From the human T2T-CHM13v2.0 reference genome, Homo sapiens, in assembly GCF_009914755.1 (NCBI RefSeq), contig NC_060948.1: DNA of 64,000 nt. One strand, written 5' to 3'. This document shows, piece by piece, positions 41,436 through 54,329 of the stretch. The notes under the pieces are model-generated. The model was given only the letters and a program-made list of their open reading frames with translations. It was not told the origin of the DNA and did no database searches. Made by a program: the position numbers and the translations under genes. Every line of letters begins with the position of its first letter. The stretch's first letter is position 1.

Positions 41436-43316
41436 CTTAGAAGGGTTTTCTTGTGTTACAACGTTGACTATTATTTCTGGTCCATTTGCTTTCAAATCAT
41501 CTTCAAGAACACTAATTTTAAGTTTCTTCTTTTCTTTGTCATTTGTATTTTTAATTTCTTTTTAAATTTATTCTATATGTCATTTTCTTTTCATTCTCGG
41601 AATGTATCCCATGTTGTACATGCCAGAAAATTGATTATTTTTGAGTTTCAGTTCCATTCTTTACCAATTCCAAAGCAAATTTAAATTTGATCATTGAGCT
41701 TTAAATTTTTTTAAGTCATATCCATATTCATTTTATTCTGTTCTTTTCTAATACTGCATGCTTGTTGTTGTATTTGCAATAGTGGGAGAATAAAATAAAT
41801 CTCAATATTCTGGAATCCAAATATTTACATTACAATTATAAAAATAACCCCAAATCCTTACAAGCCTTATTATGTGCCAGGAATATCTAGAACATTTTCT
41901 AAAATGATTCTTTAGGAAAAGCAGCTCTTACCCTTCAAATATTTCTCTTTTTCAAAGTTAAGGTACAGGCACGTCTAGAGATTTCTGTATCTTACATGTA
42001 CTTCTCTGAAAAGCAATCTCTTTTTGTAACCATTTACACTTCTATAGATAACCCATACCAAATTAGAAAAAAAAAAAGAAGGCCTATATTTATCCCTGCA
42101 GTGAAATAGTTTTGTGTTGCATACCAGATTAACCCATGCTGTGAAGAACAGAGACAGTGAAGCACTAAGTTAGAGAGCAAATCTCACCTAAAGTCTGAGA
42201 AAGAAAACGTTTTTCTTCAAGTGCAAGTCCACACTCCCATTTGTGAAGCTTTTGTCTCTTTTCCTTCCTGTGATCTGTCTCTATGGCATTCTTTCCTGTT
42301 ATAAAATCAACTATTTTCCAACAAAGTGTAGGGCCTTGTGACGTGGCCAAGTGACTTTTAGACAGAAAGCAGCTGTAAGACAATGGGCTGTTGGGCAAGC
42401 TTGTTAATGCATAGCTTTGCTTCTTCTCAAACCTTAGGCTTGTGCTTAAAAACTACCAATTCAGTGACATTAATTTCATGATGATGGCTTCACAGGCACT
42501 GTGTTAAGTGCTCACATTGCCTGAATTCTTTCCATCTGTATGACAACCACATGAGGTAAGTGCTCATAATACCTCCATCTACAGATGAAAAAATAGAAGT
42601 ACAAGGAAGTTAGGTAATTTTTCAGATATACAATGGAAAATGATTTTATAACAGGAAAGAATGGAAAAGACCCAGTGGAAAAGATTCCATAAACTTATCC
42701 ACATGAAGGGTTATATTGGGTGTATTGATCAAACAGCAATTACTGATTGAATGCTTACCATATGTAAGGAAGTCACAGGTTTTGGAAAGTATTAAGCAAT
42801 CTCTGCGAGCAGCTTACAGATTAAGAATAAGGCTTTCCTGAAGAAGGATGGAGCCTCCTCACTGAAGAACATGGTTTTGCATGTCACCCCAGGTAACGGT
42901 AATGTGATTATCTAAGTGAGTATAAAGACTGAAAAAGTTATATAGTGAATGGAGTGAATCACAGGGGACACATACTAGAGGCAAAAACCCTGAGTCCCAG
43001 GAATAAGACTCTTTCAGGGAAAAAGATAATTTCCATTTTATGGTTGCCTTCTTGCACCTGTCATTGGGTTGGATACTCTGCAAACATTGTTTTGCTTCAT
43101 TATCTGAATATGTTTATGCAGACATAAGAAGGGAGGAAGCATGTAGAGTCCAGTCCAGACTTGGCTTTGACACCCCACTTGTATATCTGAAAAATTACCT
43201 AACTTCCCTGTATCTGCACTTCTTTACCTGTAGATGGAGAAATGAGCACCTACATCATAAGCTTGTCATAGAGATGGAAATAATTCATGCAGTGTGAGCA
43301 TTTAACACAGTGCCTG

Positions 43317-43899
43317 TGAAGCCATCACCATGAAATTAATGCAACTTAACTGGTAGTTTTTAAGCAAAAGCCTAAGCTTTGAGCAGAAGCAAAGCTAAGC
43401 ATTAACCAGCTTTCCCAACAGCCCACTTCCTTATAGCTGCTTACTGTCAAAAAGTCAAATGGCCACTGTAACGAAGTCCTAACTTTCCTTAATTGTTTCT
43501 GTAGATAACATCTTAAGGTTAAGAAACTTCAAGTTCTTCATTGGAGATACTTTCCAGATTCTTCTTTCCAGTGGGTCCAGTGATGCCAGCCTGTCTGAAG
43601 ATCCCCTCCAAGGAACTGACTCAATGCAAAAATGCAGTTTCTACATCCTTATAATTTCATGTCTAATTCTCTAATCACACCTCATTGGCAATTACAAGCT
43701 CCTCAACCCTCTACCCACCAATTTTTTCTTAAAAACACAAAAAGTCCAAAACTCCTCATGGAGGTGAATTTGAGGTTCCCTCCTAACTCCTCACCTAGTT
43801 GCCCAGTGATGATTAAACTCTTTCTCTATGGCAATTCCTGCTGTTTTGGTGCATTGTTCTGTTGCCATGCAATGGGTAATCAAACCTCATTTTTCTACA
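43317..43899 (+). mobile_element. MER4-group ERV1 solo LTR (LTR8/29/48-like)
   Basis: ggaactgactca...aatttcat..., gattaaactctttctcta...caattcctg motifs; TG...CA ends. Confidence 0.6.
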
Positions 43900-44635
43900 A
43901 GGCCTGGAAGTCAGAAAGGATCATGGATGTTTGTCAAATAAAGCTAGTCCTCCTGCATAAATAAGAAAACTTCATCTTGAAGGAGTCAAAGTAAAATGAA
44001 ATACATAGAAGAATCAGAAAAGTTCTGGATTCTGACTTAAGGGTTGGAAACAGGAAAAAAGTTTGCAGAGAAAAGAAATAGCTAGGCTTAGGGAACAGTC
44101 ATCTGCAGTCACTCGAACAGTCATCTGGCTAATATTTCTTTCAATAAGTGCAATTTTTCCTCCACTGTCTCTTTCTTTTGTGCTACACTTGAAAACTCCT
44201 GGAAAAGTCTGGCTTTCACTTGAATCACTGAAGAGGAAGTAGTATAATGAATTACATGTCAATTAAACACAGTCCACATTCCATAACCTTTAACACACTT
44301 CACAACATGGTTTACATTTGGAAACCACAAGATTTAGCAAGGATGATAAGGCAGATCATGTGTTTCTAACCTCTCACAAGAAATACAGTTTAGTTTTGCT
44401 TCCTTTAAGAAAATTAGTATGCTTATACTGGTCACACTAAGGCACCATATGGGGCCACAGGTGCTAATGAAACCGTCTTGACTTCTCCTGGTCATTAGAT
44501 GCACAAGAATAAAATCACCTTGTGACAAAGGCTAAAAAACCAGACAATGAAAAGTGACACATTCTTTTCAAGTTCCTCTGCCATAGGTGTTTCAAATACT
44601 CAAACAAACCACTGATTCCTCTAAATATATATATA

Positions 44636-44970
<335 letters not shown>

Positions 44971-45812
44971 TAGCCTAAAAAAGATCTTATATAATGAGAA
45001 CTGCTTGTTCTCCTTGGATCTCCCATGAAAGCATGGGCATTATCAAGCCTTCCCTGACATATATGAACAAGGTAAGTCAATGTCCCCCTCCCAGATTCAA
45101 GATAATCTGGAATCAATACCGTGTTGCAAAGAATATAGCTATGGCTCTGACTCTATATTTTATGCACAGAGGAGCTTGGAGACATTACATTGTTTTAAAC
45201 TGGAACATGTACCTTCTTTTCATGGTATTTCAAAGTCTTCCACTGACACTAGCATCAAAGTCTGAATGTCATGAATTGCCCATTTAGATAGACAATTATC
45301 ACTCTAAGAAAGGAAAACACTGAAGACACTCACGCACAGGGACCCAGCTCATCTAAGCAGGGAGACATCCTTGCTTCTCTTATCCATACGGATTGGTGCC
45401 TTCTGCTTGTTCTTCTACATTCTGGAGTTACAATTCCCTTACAGGAAGATTTTCTACTGAAGGAATGCTTTGAGGATGAAGGAAGTGAGAGACTGATCAT
45501 TGAGAGTCTGAGGTATGGTCTAGCTCCCATTTTCTTTGCTATTTAAGGATTGTAACATTCTGTGCTAGAGGTGTGCATTGCTGTATAGAGTGGCATATAC
45601 CACTGGATTAGTAAGAGTAAGAAGAAACTTCTAACCTTATGTCAGGGCCATGATGCTAGAATAGGCACCCTTTATTTATTCTAGAAATGGACATTGCTAT
45701 GAATTTCAAATCAAAACAGAAACATTTTTTAGGCAGTTCCATCCTTTATATAACTGTGAATAAGTAAAACACTGGTTAATGTTTTCTTTCTTCTGATGAA
45801 TTTTCTTATCTG

Positions 45813-45892
45813 TTATGTTGGTACAAAGGTACTTGTGATTTTTGCCATTACTTTCAATGGCAAAAACTGCAATTACTGTTACACCAACCTAA
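45813..45892. mobile_element. MADE1 (Hsmar1-derived 80-bp MITE)
   Basis: ttatgttggtacaaagg...tttttgccatt actttc aatggcaaaaa...acaccaacctaa: two 37-bp inverted repeats around a 6-nt centre. Confidence 0.93.
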
Positions 45893-47719
45893 AATATATG
45901 ATGCTTCAAAGAAAGTGGCATGTGACAATAATACTTATTCGAAGGACTAAGAGAGGTAACTGGATTAGGAATTGTACATGTCATTCTACAAGAGTACTCT
46001 TGATTAAGCCAAAATTCAGTAGCATCTCTTCAACTCCAAGTTTAAAGGAATCTGGACTGAAAGATAATATCAGAGGACCATCAATGAATGGACGTCCCAA
46101 AAGTTGGGCATGAGCTAATGGCATTTAGGGCTAACTCCCATCTCCAAGCCTTTGGAACATTAGAATCCTTCTTACTGGCAACCTCATACAGCTTTTTGGT
46201 GCCAAAGCATTTGGACATTCTCCACTCTAAGTTATTTTGACTGAGTGACTCTGTCCAAGTCATGAAAAGGGGATGGGTGCATTTGCATCTCTGGAAGAAA
46301 AGGATCATATTTTTTCCATTTTACTTCTTGTGTATCATGAATTATAAATCTGTGTATTATTCAGCAGGCTAACAGCTAAAAGAAGCTCTCAAAATGCAGG
46401 ATAGGCATGAATTTCACCAAGAAAGACCTGTGTGATATACATATTGTAAAATGCATTTCATCCTTGTCTCTTGTAACTGCACACATTCAATGAACCTACT
46501 TTTACATTTGAGAAGAGAGTATGCTGGCAAAATGGTGAAAAAGAAATCACTGTTTTTGATTCCCCATGAACCTACTTCATCCCTTTCCATTGTTCCTCAA
46601 TAGCCTCTCTATGACCCAGTTGTTTTATTTGTTAAGTGAATGTGTGACGTGGCATTTCTGTGAAAAATAAGAACTTGATATCTCTAAGCACTTTAACCTT
46701 AACAGTAGAGCACTTAGTACTACAGTCCTAAGGCTGTCATATTCAGTTCAAGAGCAAATATACAGGGAAAAATAATAGAATAAGACAAATCTGGGTGAGG
46801 GGCATGGTGCAATGAAGTGGCCTGAACTGCTGCTCCTTAACACCACTCAGATGCTCTGTGGACAGACATACCATGTGCTGCTGCTGGGAAACAGATAACC
46901 ATGCCAGTCACTGGAAGAGAAGGTCACAGAAAGAAATTGCTCCTAGACATCATGGAATCAATTATAAAACAAAAATAGCTATATCAGTGAAGGCCTTTTA
47001 AATCCAATATGAAAAGAAGGGCTTTCTTTGTCCTTCCCTGTGTCTGCCTGAATTATCAGGGATAGCTGCTAGTTACATACTTCTTGTCTGAAAACAGCAT
47101 TAAGAACTGGAGAAAAGTCCCCATAGATTTTCTTCCTAGTAAAGGAATATTTTATTATTATAGGAAATCACCTTCTAATTCTGTTTATGTAGATAATGTC
47201 CTTTTAAGGGAAAAGGAGTATTGAATATTTGATGCCATTTACATTTCTCCTGCAACTTCTTCTGTTGATCAAAAGCCATTGTAGAAACAGGTAAAATACA
47301 TTGGTACACAGACAAGTACCATAAAACATTAAGGAAGATGGTGAACTTCCAAAAGGACTAGAAGTAGACATATTCAACAGGAAACAGAGACTGCTGTTTG
47401 CAGGGTAAGAAGATAATTGGACAAGGAAATCATAAAACTGGAATCCAGACTCAACTCTTTTATAATCTAGATTTATGTCCTTTGATAACAGGTCTAACCT
47501 TCCTGGGACTGAATTTGTTTTTTTTTCTTACGTGAAAGGTCAGGTGACTTATGCTACCCAGAGAATAATATCAATCAATCAAAGAAGAATGTGGAAAAAC
47601 CAAGATCTCCTGTTTAAGGTCTTCCAGTTACCCACTGCAACAGATTATCATGAGCCTGTTCAGGCACAAGATCTCAGGACTTCAGTTATTAGTTATTCTT
47701 TTAAGAATAGTGTTAAATA

Positions 47720-47835
47720 GGTCAGGTATGGTAGTTCATACCTGTAATCTCAGCATTTTGGGAGGCCAAAACAGGTGGACCACTGCATTCTAGTCTGGGT
47801 GACACAGCAAGACTTCATATCAAAAGAAAAAAAAA
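47720..47835 (+). mobile_element. Internally deleted Alu
   Basis: First ~60 nt of the left arm fused to the last ~45 nt of the right arm plus poly(A); TSD tgttaaata(g). Confidence 0.85.
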
Positions 47836-47959
47836 TGTTAAATAGCACTTGATTAATAAATGAGGTGCATAGGAAATGCCAAAAAGTATCAAGGAATATT
47901 GGGGATTTTTCTGCTCAAAATTACTTAGAAGGAATAGTGACTCAGGTTAACATATCTTT

Positions 47960-48193
47960 CATGGGTCTGAAAGCTAGGGCCCATGAAATACATCTTCTCT
48001 GCCACCTGTTTTTGCAGATACAGTTATATTGGGACAAAGCTACACCATCCTGCATTTACACAATATCTTATCCCTGCTTTCATCCTACAGTACAATGAAG
48101 GTAGAGTTGAGTAGTGGTGATAGAGACCATCTGGCCTCAAAGCTGAAAATATTTATTATCTGTCTTTTGCAGATAAAAGATTGCCATCTCCTG
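47960..48193 (+). mobile_element. MER58A
   Basis: cctgtttttg...agagttgagtagt...agagacc...aaaatatttattatctg...ttgccatctcctg. Confidence 0.82.
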
Positions 48194-48375
48194 CTTTTGA
48201 CTTAGAGGAGGTTATAAGGCCACCTTATGAGAGATGAAATTGGAAAAGTGTGACATAGGTCGTAGGTGACATCTGGTTCCTTATGATAGTTTTTGTTGTA
48301 CTTAATGCATGGTCTAAACACTTAAGGTAAATGCCAAAGGAAAGTTCCCTTATTTTAGAAATAGCCAGAGAGAAG

Positions 48376-48548
48376 TGGTGTTACTCATGCATCTCCCCAG
48401 TGAATTTGCAATCTTTAGATCTGCACCACCTGGGGGCTTGTTAGAAAGTCATACTGTCAGGCCCTGCTACAGCCCTACTGAACCAGAGTCTGCATTTAAC
48501 TGGCTCCCTGGAGGATTTATGCCCACATTTATTTTAAGTAGCACAGTC
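48376..48548. mobile_element. MER5A-like element
   Basis: caccacctgggggcttgttagaaa...cctactgaaccagagtctgcatttaac. Confidence 0.7.
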
Positions 48549-48826
48549 CTAGACATTAGAGGAAGTCAGTTTTTACAGACACAACAGAAACTGGGTGCTT
48601 TTGTTTTTTAACTGGATTCCTGGGGGATTTATATCCATATTTAGTTAAGTAGCACAGCCCTAGACATTACAGGAAGTCAGTTTTTACAGACACAACAAAA
48701 TCTGGGTGCTTTTGCTTTTAACTGGATTCCTGGGGGATTTATATCCACATTTAGTTTAAGTAGCACAGCCCTAGACATTACAGGAAGTCAGTTTTTACAG
48801 ACACAACAGAATCTGTGTGTTTTTGC
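48495..48826. repeat. Tandem repeat, 3 x ~111 bp
   Basis: tttaactgg at 48495, 48607 and 48717; each unit contains aagtagcacag..ctagacatta.aggaagtcagtttttacagacacaaca. Confidence 0.95.
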
Positions 48827-49762
48827 CAAATTTTTGCAGCTATGGACTACAGAGTTGACATACAAATCTGCTGTTAAAAGCATTTTAGGCAGAGGGAACT
48901 ATAAATTCAGAATATTGTACATTTACAATTTCATGACACTTACATTTTCAATAAAGTATAAGTTTTAGTTGCTTAAAATTTAGCATGTTTATGATATTTG
49001 AAAACCACATCCCACAACCATCTTCCCTCTAGAATTCGGTTTACCTGAAAAAATAATTGCAATCTTTTTCATTTGGTCTCAGTGGATGGCTCATGAAATT
49101 TACCAGTGTTTAACAGTATCTGAAATCCCCATTATTTTCTGCCCAACTGTTTCCCCTTTATTCCTCTATTCTTGCTGAGGAACTGTCCTTGTTAATTTGT
49201 TCATTAAGGATATATGGGTGGTGAATTCCTAGTCTTTCTATATCTTAAAGTGGTTTCCATAGCTTCATCTTGGTCTGAAGTTAGCTGGGTATTGGATTTT
49301 CAATTGATGATTATTTTTCTGCCCTTAGACTATTTCTCCAAGACCATTTTACTTCTCCTGATATTTATGTGAATCTACTAACAGACTAACAGTCTTTCTC
49401 TTGCAATCTGCTCTTTTTTAAATATCTTGGGGAGATACTTCACTTTGTGTTCATTCTTAATATTCTTTAGTTTTATATCAATCTATAAATTTACTGATTA
49501 TCTTATTTGGTACTCAAGTGATGTATTTCAATGTGAGAGCTCATATGTTTCTTTAAGAATATTTCCATCCATTTTCTTTCCAACCGTTGTTGCCTTGGTT
49601 GGTCCTTTTTCTAACCCATGTCCATAAACATATCTCCTAATGACTCTTTATGTATTCATATTAATTTTTCTTTCTTTGCACTTCCTCTATACTATTTTTC
49701 AGCGTTCTCATTGATTGTAGAGTCTACACTTTACAGTATTATATTTTATCTCCATTACCCTG

Positions 49763-50113
49763 CTGGTCTGTTCTCATGCTGCTAATAAAGACATACCCGA
49801 GACTGGGTAATTTATAAAGGAAAGGTGTTTAATGGACTCACAGTTCCACATGGTGGGGGAGGCTTCACAATCATGGTGGAAGATGAAGAGCAAAGGGACG
49901 TCTTTCATTGTGGGAAGCAAGAGAGTGTGTGCAGGGGAACTCCCATTTATAAAACCATCATACCTCATGAGACTTATTCACTACCATGAGCACACCATGG
50001 GAAAAACTTGCCCCCATGATTTAATTACCTCCCACCATGTTCCTCCAGGACATGTGGGGATTATTACAATTCAAGGTGAGATTTGGGTGGGGACATAGAG
50101 CCAAATCATATTA
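49763..50113 (-). mobile_element. THE1C/D-like solo LTR
   Basis: gctgctaataaagacatacccgagactggg...gagatttgggtggggacatagagccaaatcatat. Confidence 0.9.
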
Positions 50114-51027
50114 TTTACTGTATCTTTTTTTGTTTCTGTAGTTGTGATTTTGCAATTTCTATATTCAATTGCTTTTATTTGGTGCCTGCCTGTCTCTGTT
50201 TTATGATTTTCTTTGCTCTTTTCATGATTGCTGTTTCTTCTTGCATGCATCTTCCTTTGCTTCTTCCTTGTGGTCTCCAGAAGCATTAGAGGTCCTATTC
50301 CCTGGAGGAATTATAGGTCCTGTGCTGAAGGTGACTACTCCTCTAGAGAATGCTTGCTCCATTCAAAGGAATTTTGCTTACTGTCTATTTTAAAATCTAA
50401 AATTGTGGTTAATTTGGAAGACTGCATTTTCCACTTCTTGATTCTTTTGGCATGTGTTTCGGGATTTTGACCTTCAGGTGAGTAAAAGGCATCTCTCTAA
50501 CTCTGTCTCTGTCTCTCTTTCTTCTTTGCACACACATATGTCTTCATATGTTAACTTCCTTGTCTCCTTACCCTTCTCTATGGTCTTATCCTCAGTGGTT
50601 GGAATTCTCACCCAGAGACATGAGTCACGTTGTCACAAGTTCATTCACCAAATCTGCAGCCTGCTCAGCTCAGTTCTTGGTGGAGATGTTGTGTCAGCTC
50701 ACTTTCTCCTCCCTAGGATCTCAGTTTTGTAGACATGCCAGCTCTGAGCAATGGTCAGTAGCTATCTTCAAACTCTTTTATTTCTGGAAAGAAAGAGCTC
50801 TGTCTCCTGCACTTCTGGGGCAACTTCCATCATTTCCCAAGAATTACACTCTGGTTGTCTCCTGGCTCCTAGGCCTAGAGTGCAGCAGTTCCTCTTACTG
50901 TGTTGAGTTCCTGTCTGGTTTCTATTCCTAAGAAGATTATTTCCTCATTTGGGAGTTTGACTATCACTGTTCCATTTTTACATATGATGTTTCATCTCCC
51001 GGTCCTATATGTTAAAAACAAATAGGA

Positions 51028-51536
51028 TATGGGATATGATGAGGTTTATCTTCAAATAACCTAATCAATCCTTTATTCTTTAATTCATAGTAACCCCCCA
51101 ACCCCTTTCTCCTTTTTCTCTTTTTTCTTCCTTTCTTCCTTTGTTACATGCCCAGACACTCCACGGTACCAGGTGTTATCAGTACCAGCTCACATTCCTT
51201 TCCTTGTTTGGAAAGAAGACTAGTTGTCTAGCTCATTGCAGACACCTCTTCTCCTTCCCCTCTCTCCTTTATGTGCCCACCTTATTTCAAAACAAGTTCA
51301 AATGTTTAGCCAACTAGAATTAGTTTAGAGTGTACTACCCAACCCAGCCAAAGGGGAAAACATACAGGGCAGGACTTGTGTCAGGAATAAAGGCTTTTGT
51401 GCCCCTTTGTTCAGGTGTGCTGTCATGGCAACTAGCCAAGGAGAAGCACCCCTCTGCGCAGAAGTAAAATTGCTTTGCTAAGCATCCTTTGTTTGAGTGT
51501 TCAATTTCCTTAGGATTTTCAGCATTATTCTCAACA
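51028..51536 (+). mobile_element. LTR10C-like solo LTR (ERV1)
   Basis: tatgggatatgatgaggttt...ttatcagtaccagctcacattcc...agtaaaattgctttgct...caaca; 4-bp TSD AGGA on both sides. Confidence 0.78.
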
Positions 51537-51790
51537 AGGAGACATAAAATATGAGCCTATAATTTCATCTACAATAAGACACAAGAGATGTGAACCCTCT
51601 ATTAAACAGGCCAGAGGAGTGCACCTGAGAGAGGCAATTTAATCTGGAGCCCAGTGTAAATGTTTGTTATATATGGTTATGTTTGTACATATAATAATAA
51701 CATGTAAATATAGTTGAAATATTTTGGATACTAGATATTTTATTAAATACTTTACCAGAATCAGATTACTAATCTGGAGCCATTTGTGAC

Positions 51791-52086
51791 TATTTATTTA
51801 TTTTGAGTCAGAGTCTTGCTCTGTCACCCAGGCTAGAGTTCAGTGGTGAGATCTTGGCTCACTGCAACTTCTGCCTCCCAGGTTCAAATGATTCTTGAGC
51901 CTCAGCCTCCCAAGTAGCTGGTATTACAGGCATGCAACACCACATCCAGATAATTTTTGTATTTTTGGTAGAGATGGGGTTTTGACATGTTGGTAAGGCT
52001 TGCCTCAAACTCCTGATCTCAAGTGATCTTCCTGTCTCTGCCTCCCACAGTAGTAGGATAACAGGCATAAGCCACCATGCTTGGCC
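51791..52086 (-). mobile_element. AluSx/Sz-like
   Basis: Alu dimer ending ttggcc; ctcaagtgatct. Confidence 0.9.
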
Positions 52087-53271
52087 TATTCTTGACCACT
52101 TAATCTTCCCATGATGGAGTTCTGATACGTTAAAATTGAGATGAATACATAATAAGGATTACATTTCTTAATGTGCTACCACCTTAGAAGCTTAGCAACA
52201 GGACAAGTTGTAAATAAATAAATACATAATAAATGAACTAGATGGAAAATAGATAATTATGTAGCTAAAAATATAACATATTTATCATTAGTGAGTGACT
52301 GAAGCCTGCTAGGAAAATGAAAACCTTTTGAAGAACAAAGTTAAATGGTTCTATTAATTACATTCCAAATACTGGAACTATGAAAAAATAAAGCCAGTGA
52401 AAATTGCTAGAAGTATTAAACAGCTACTTTTATATCACAGATAAGACTCATCTTTTATATGTGAGACAATATCACCTATTTAAATCTGCAGCTATTTTTG
52501 CATTTGTTTTGTCTGTGCAGGTGCCATATTTAAGGCAGATGGGTGATGAAGGGAATAACACCCACTCCAGTGGATTAATTTAAGTGGCTTCACTTCAAAA
52601 ATAGCCTTACCTTCCTCTAAGTTAAGAAATATTTACTGTTACTCTGCAGATGTCAAATGGAAAAGAAATGATAGGGCTCTTGATTTAAAGAGAGACATCT
52701 TTTATATTGTTATAAAGTGTGCTTTACAAATTAAACTTGTACAAACAAGAGTTTGCCTTTATTCTGGGAAAACAGGCATTATTAAGACACAATTTTCCTT
52801 GCCAAATTTACAGTTTCAGCATAAACTTAGGAGTTAAGAATAGACGAATATGATTCATATAACCAAAACAAATGGAAAACAGGATAAATCATTTAACTTA
52901 TTAAGAGAAATCTATTTAAGTTGCTGAAAAGACCACAAATCCTTCTTTTGTAGAGATTCTATTATTTTTCAGTCTATTTATTTTACATAGTGGCCCCAAG
53001 TACAATTTTTAGATAAATGTGAGTTATGGGTAGACCTGTTTTTCTGCTTTAAGTATTATATTACACCAGATGGATAAAGCTTAGCAGTTTTATTACACTG
53101 CAACTTTAAAAAACTGCATTTTAAAAAAGCCAATGTATACACAAATATTTCATGGCACCAACATATTTTTAAATTCAGATCTATATATCTGGGAAAGCAA
53201 ACCTTAATTCAGCCTTCCAGACTTTCACCTTGGGGGAGGGGGAGCAGTGTGGTAGGGGAGAAAGAGAACAT

Positions 53272-53579
53272 TATTCATTTATTTATTGAGACAGGGTCTT
53301 CCTCTGTCACCCAGGCTGGAGTGCAGTGGCACGATCACAGCCCCCTGTAGCCTCTAACTCCTGGGCTCAAACAATCCTCTCACATCAGCCACTCAACTAG
53401 CTGGAACCACAGTCATGTGCCCCCAAACATGACTAATGCTTATTTATTTATTTTTTTTTTGACAGAGATAGGGTCACTCTATGTTGCCCAGTGTTGTATG
53501 GAACTCTTGGGCTCAAGGGATCCTCCCATCTCAGCCTCCCATAATGCTGGGATTATGGCTTGAGCCACTGGTTCCAGCT
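53272..53579 (-). mobile_element. AluJ
   Basis: gagacagggtct, gatcacagc, ctcctgggctcaa in both arms. Confidence 0.9.
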
Positions 53580-54329
53580 GGTTTTAAAACAAAATGTTTC
53601 AGTAAAAACATCCTATGGCAAGAGGTTTTCAAACCTGGCCATGGAAGTTTTATTGCTTCTACTGAAAATGATAAGGTGATGTGACACTTCACTGCTGCCA
53701 TCCTGTAGCTTATATCAATAAGAGCAACTCAGCAACTCACTCTCCTAGGCAGAATAAAATGCATCATAGAAGCTAAGAAAAAAGTTGTGATACCTCTAAA
53801 TACGAAAGAATCCTTCCAGAAAGAGTGGGACATGAGGATGGGGTGCTATGCAGTGGGTGATATGAGGGAGATGGCCTTGAAACCAGACCTTGAAAGAGGA
53901 ATACATATGGCCTGAAATTACACTAAAAATTAAACGAATGTTTATGCTACATGCTTTTATTTGAATAATTAATTTGAAAATATTAGTCAATAATAAATTA
54001 AGTAATTAATTATTAATTATTAATTATAAGGTTAGGTTTAGAAATTTAATTGGTAGAATGACCATTCCACAAATTGAGCTTTATTTCAAGTACCTACTAC
54101 AATTCTCACATTTTAGAGCACTTAATCTGTGCAAAGCAAAATACCTTAACCAGAAAGAATGTAATAAACTGTTGAACCAATAAGTAAGAAAGATGTTTTT
54201 TGTATTTTGTGAAATTTTATAAGAAGAAATAAATGCTCTGAGAAATAAATGAGCTGAAGAGTTAGAGAGTAATTTGCATGGTGTCTACTTTAAATAAGTT
54301 ACCAAAAAATGAGAAGATACTCAGAGACA

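Noticed and set aside
48495-48826. CRISPR-like repeat array
   Set aside because: Whole units are repeated with no unique spacers, there are no cas genes, and the context is primate DNA.
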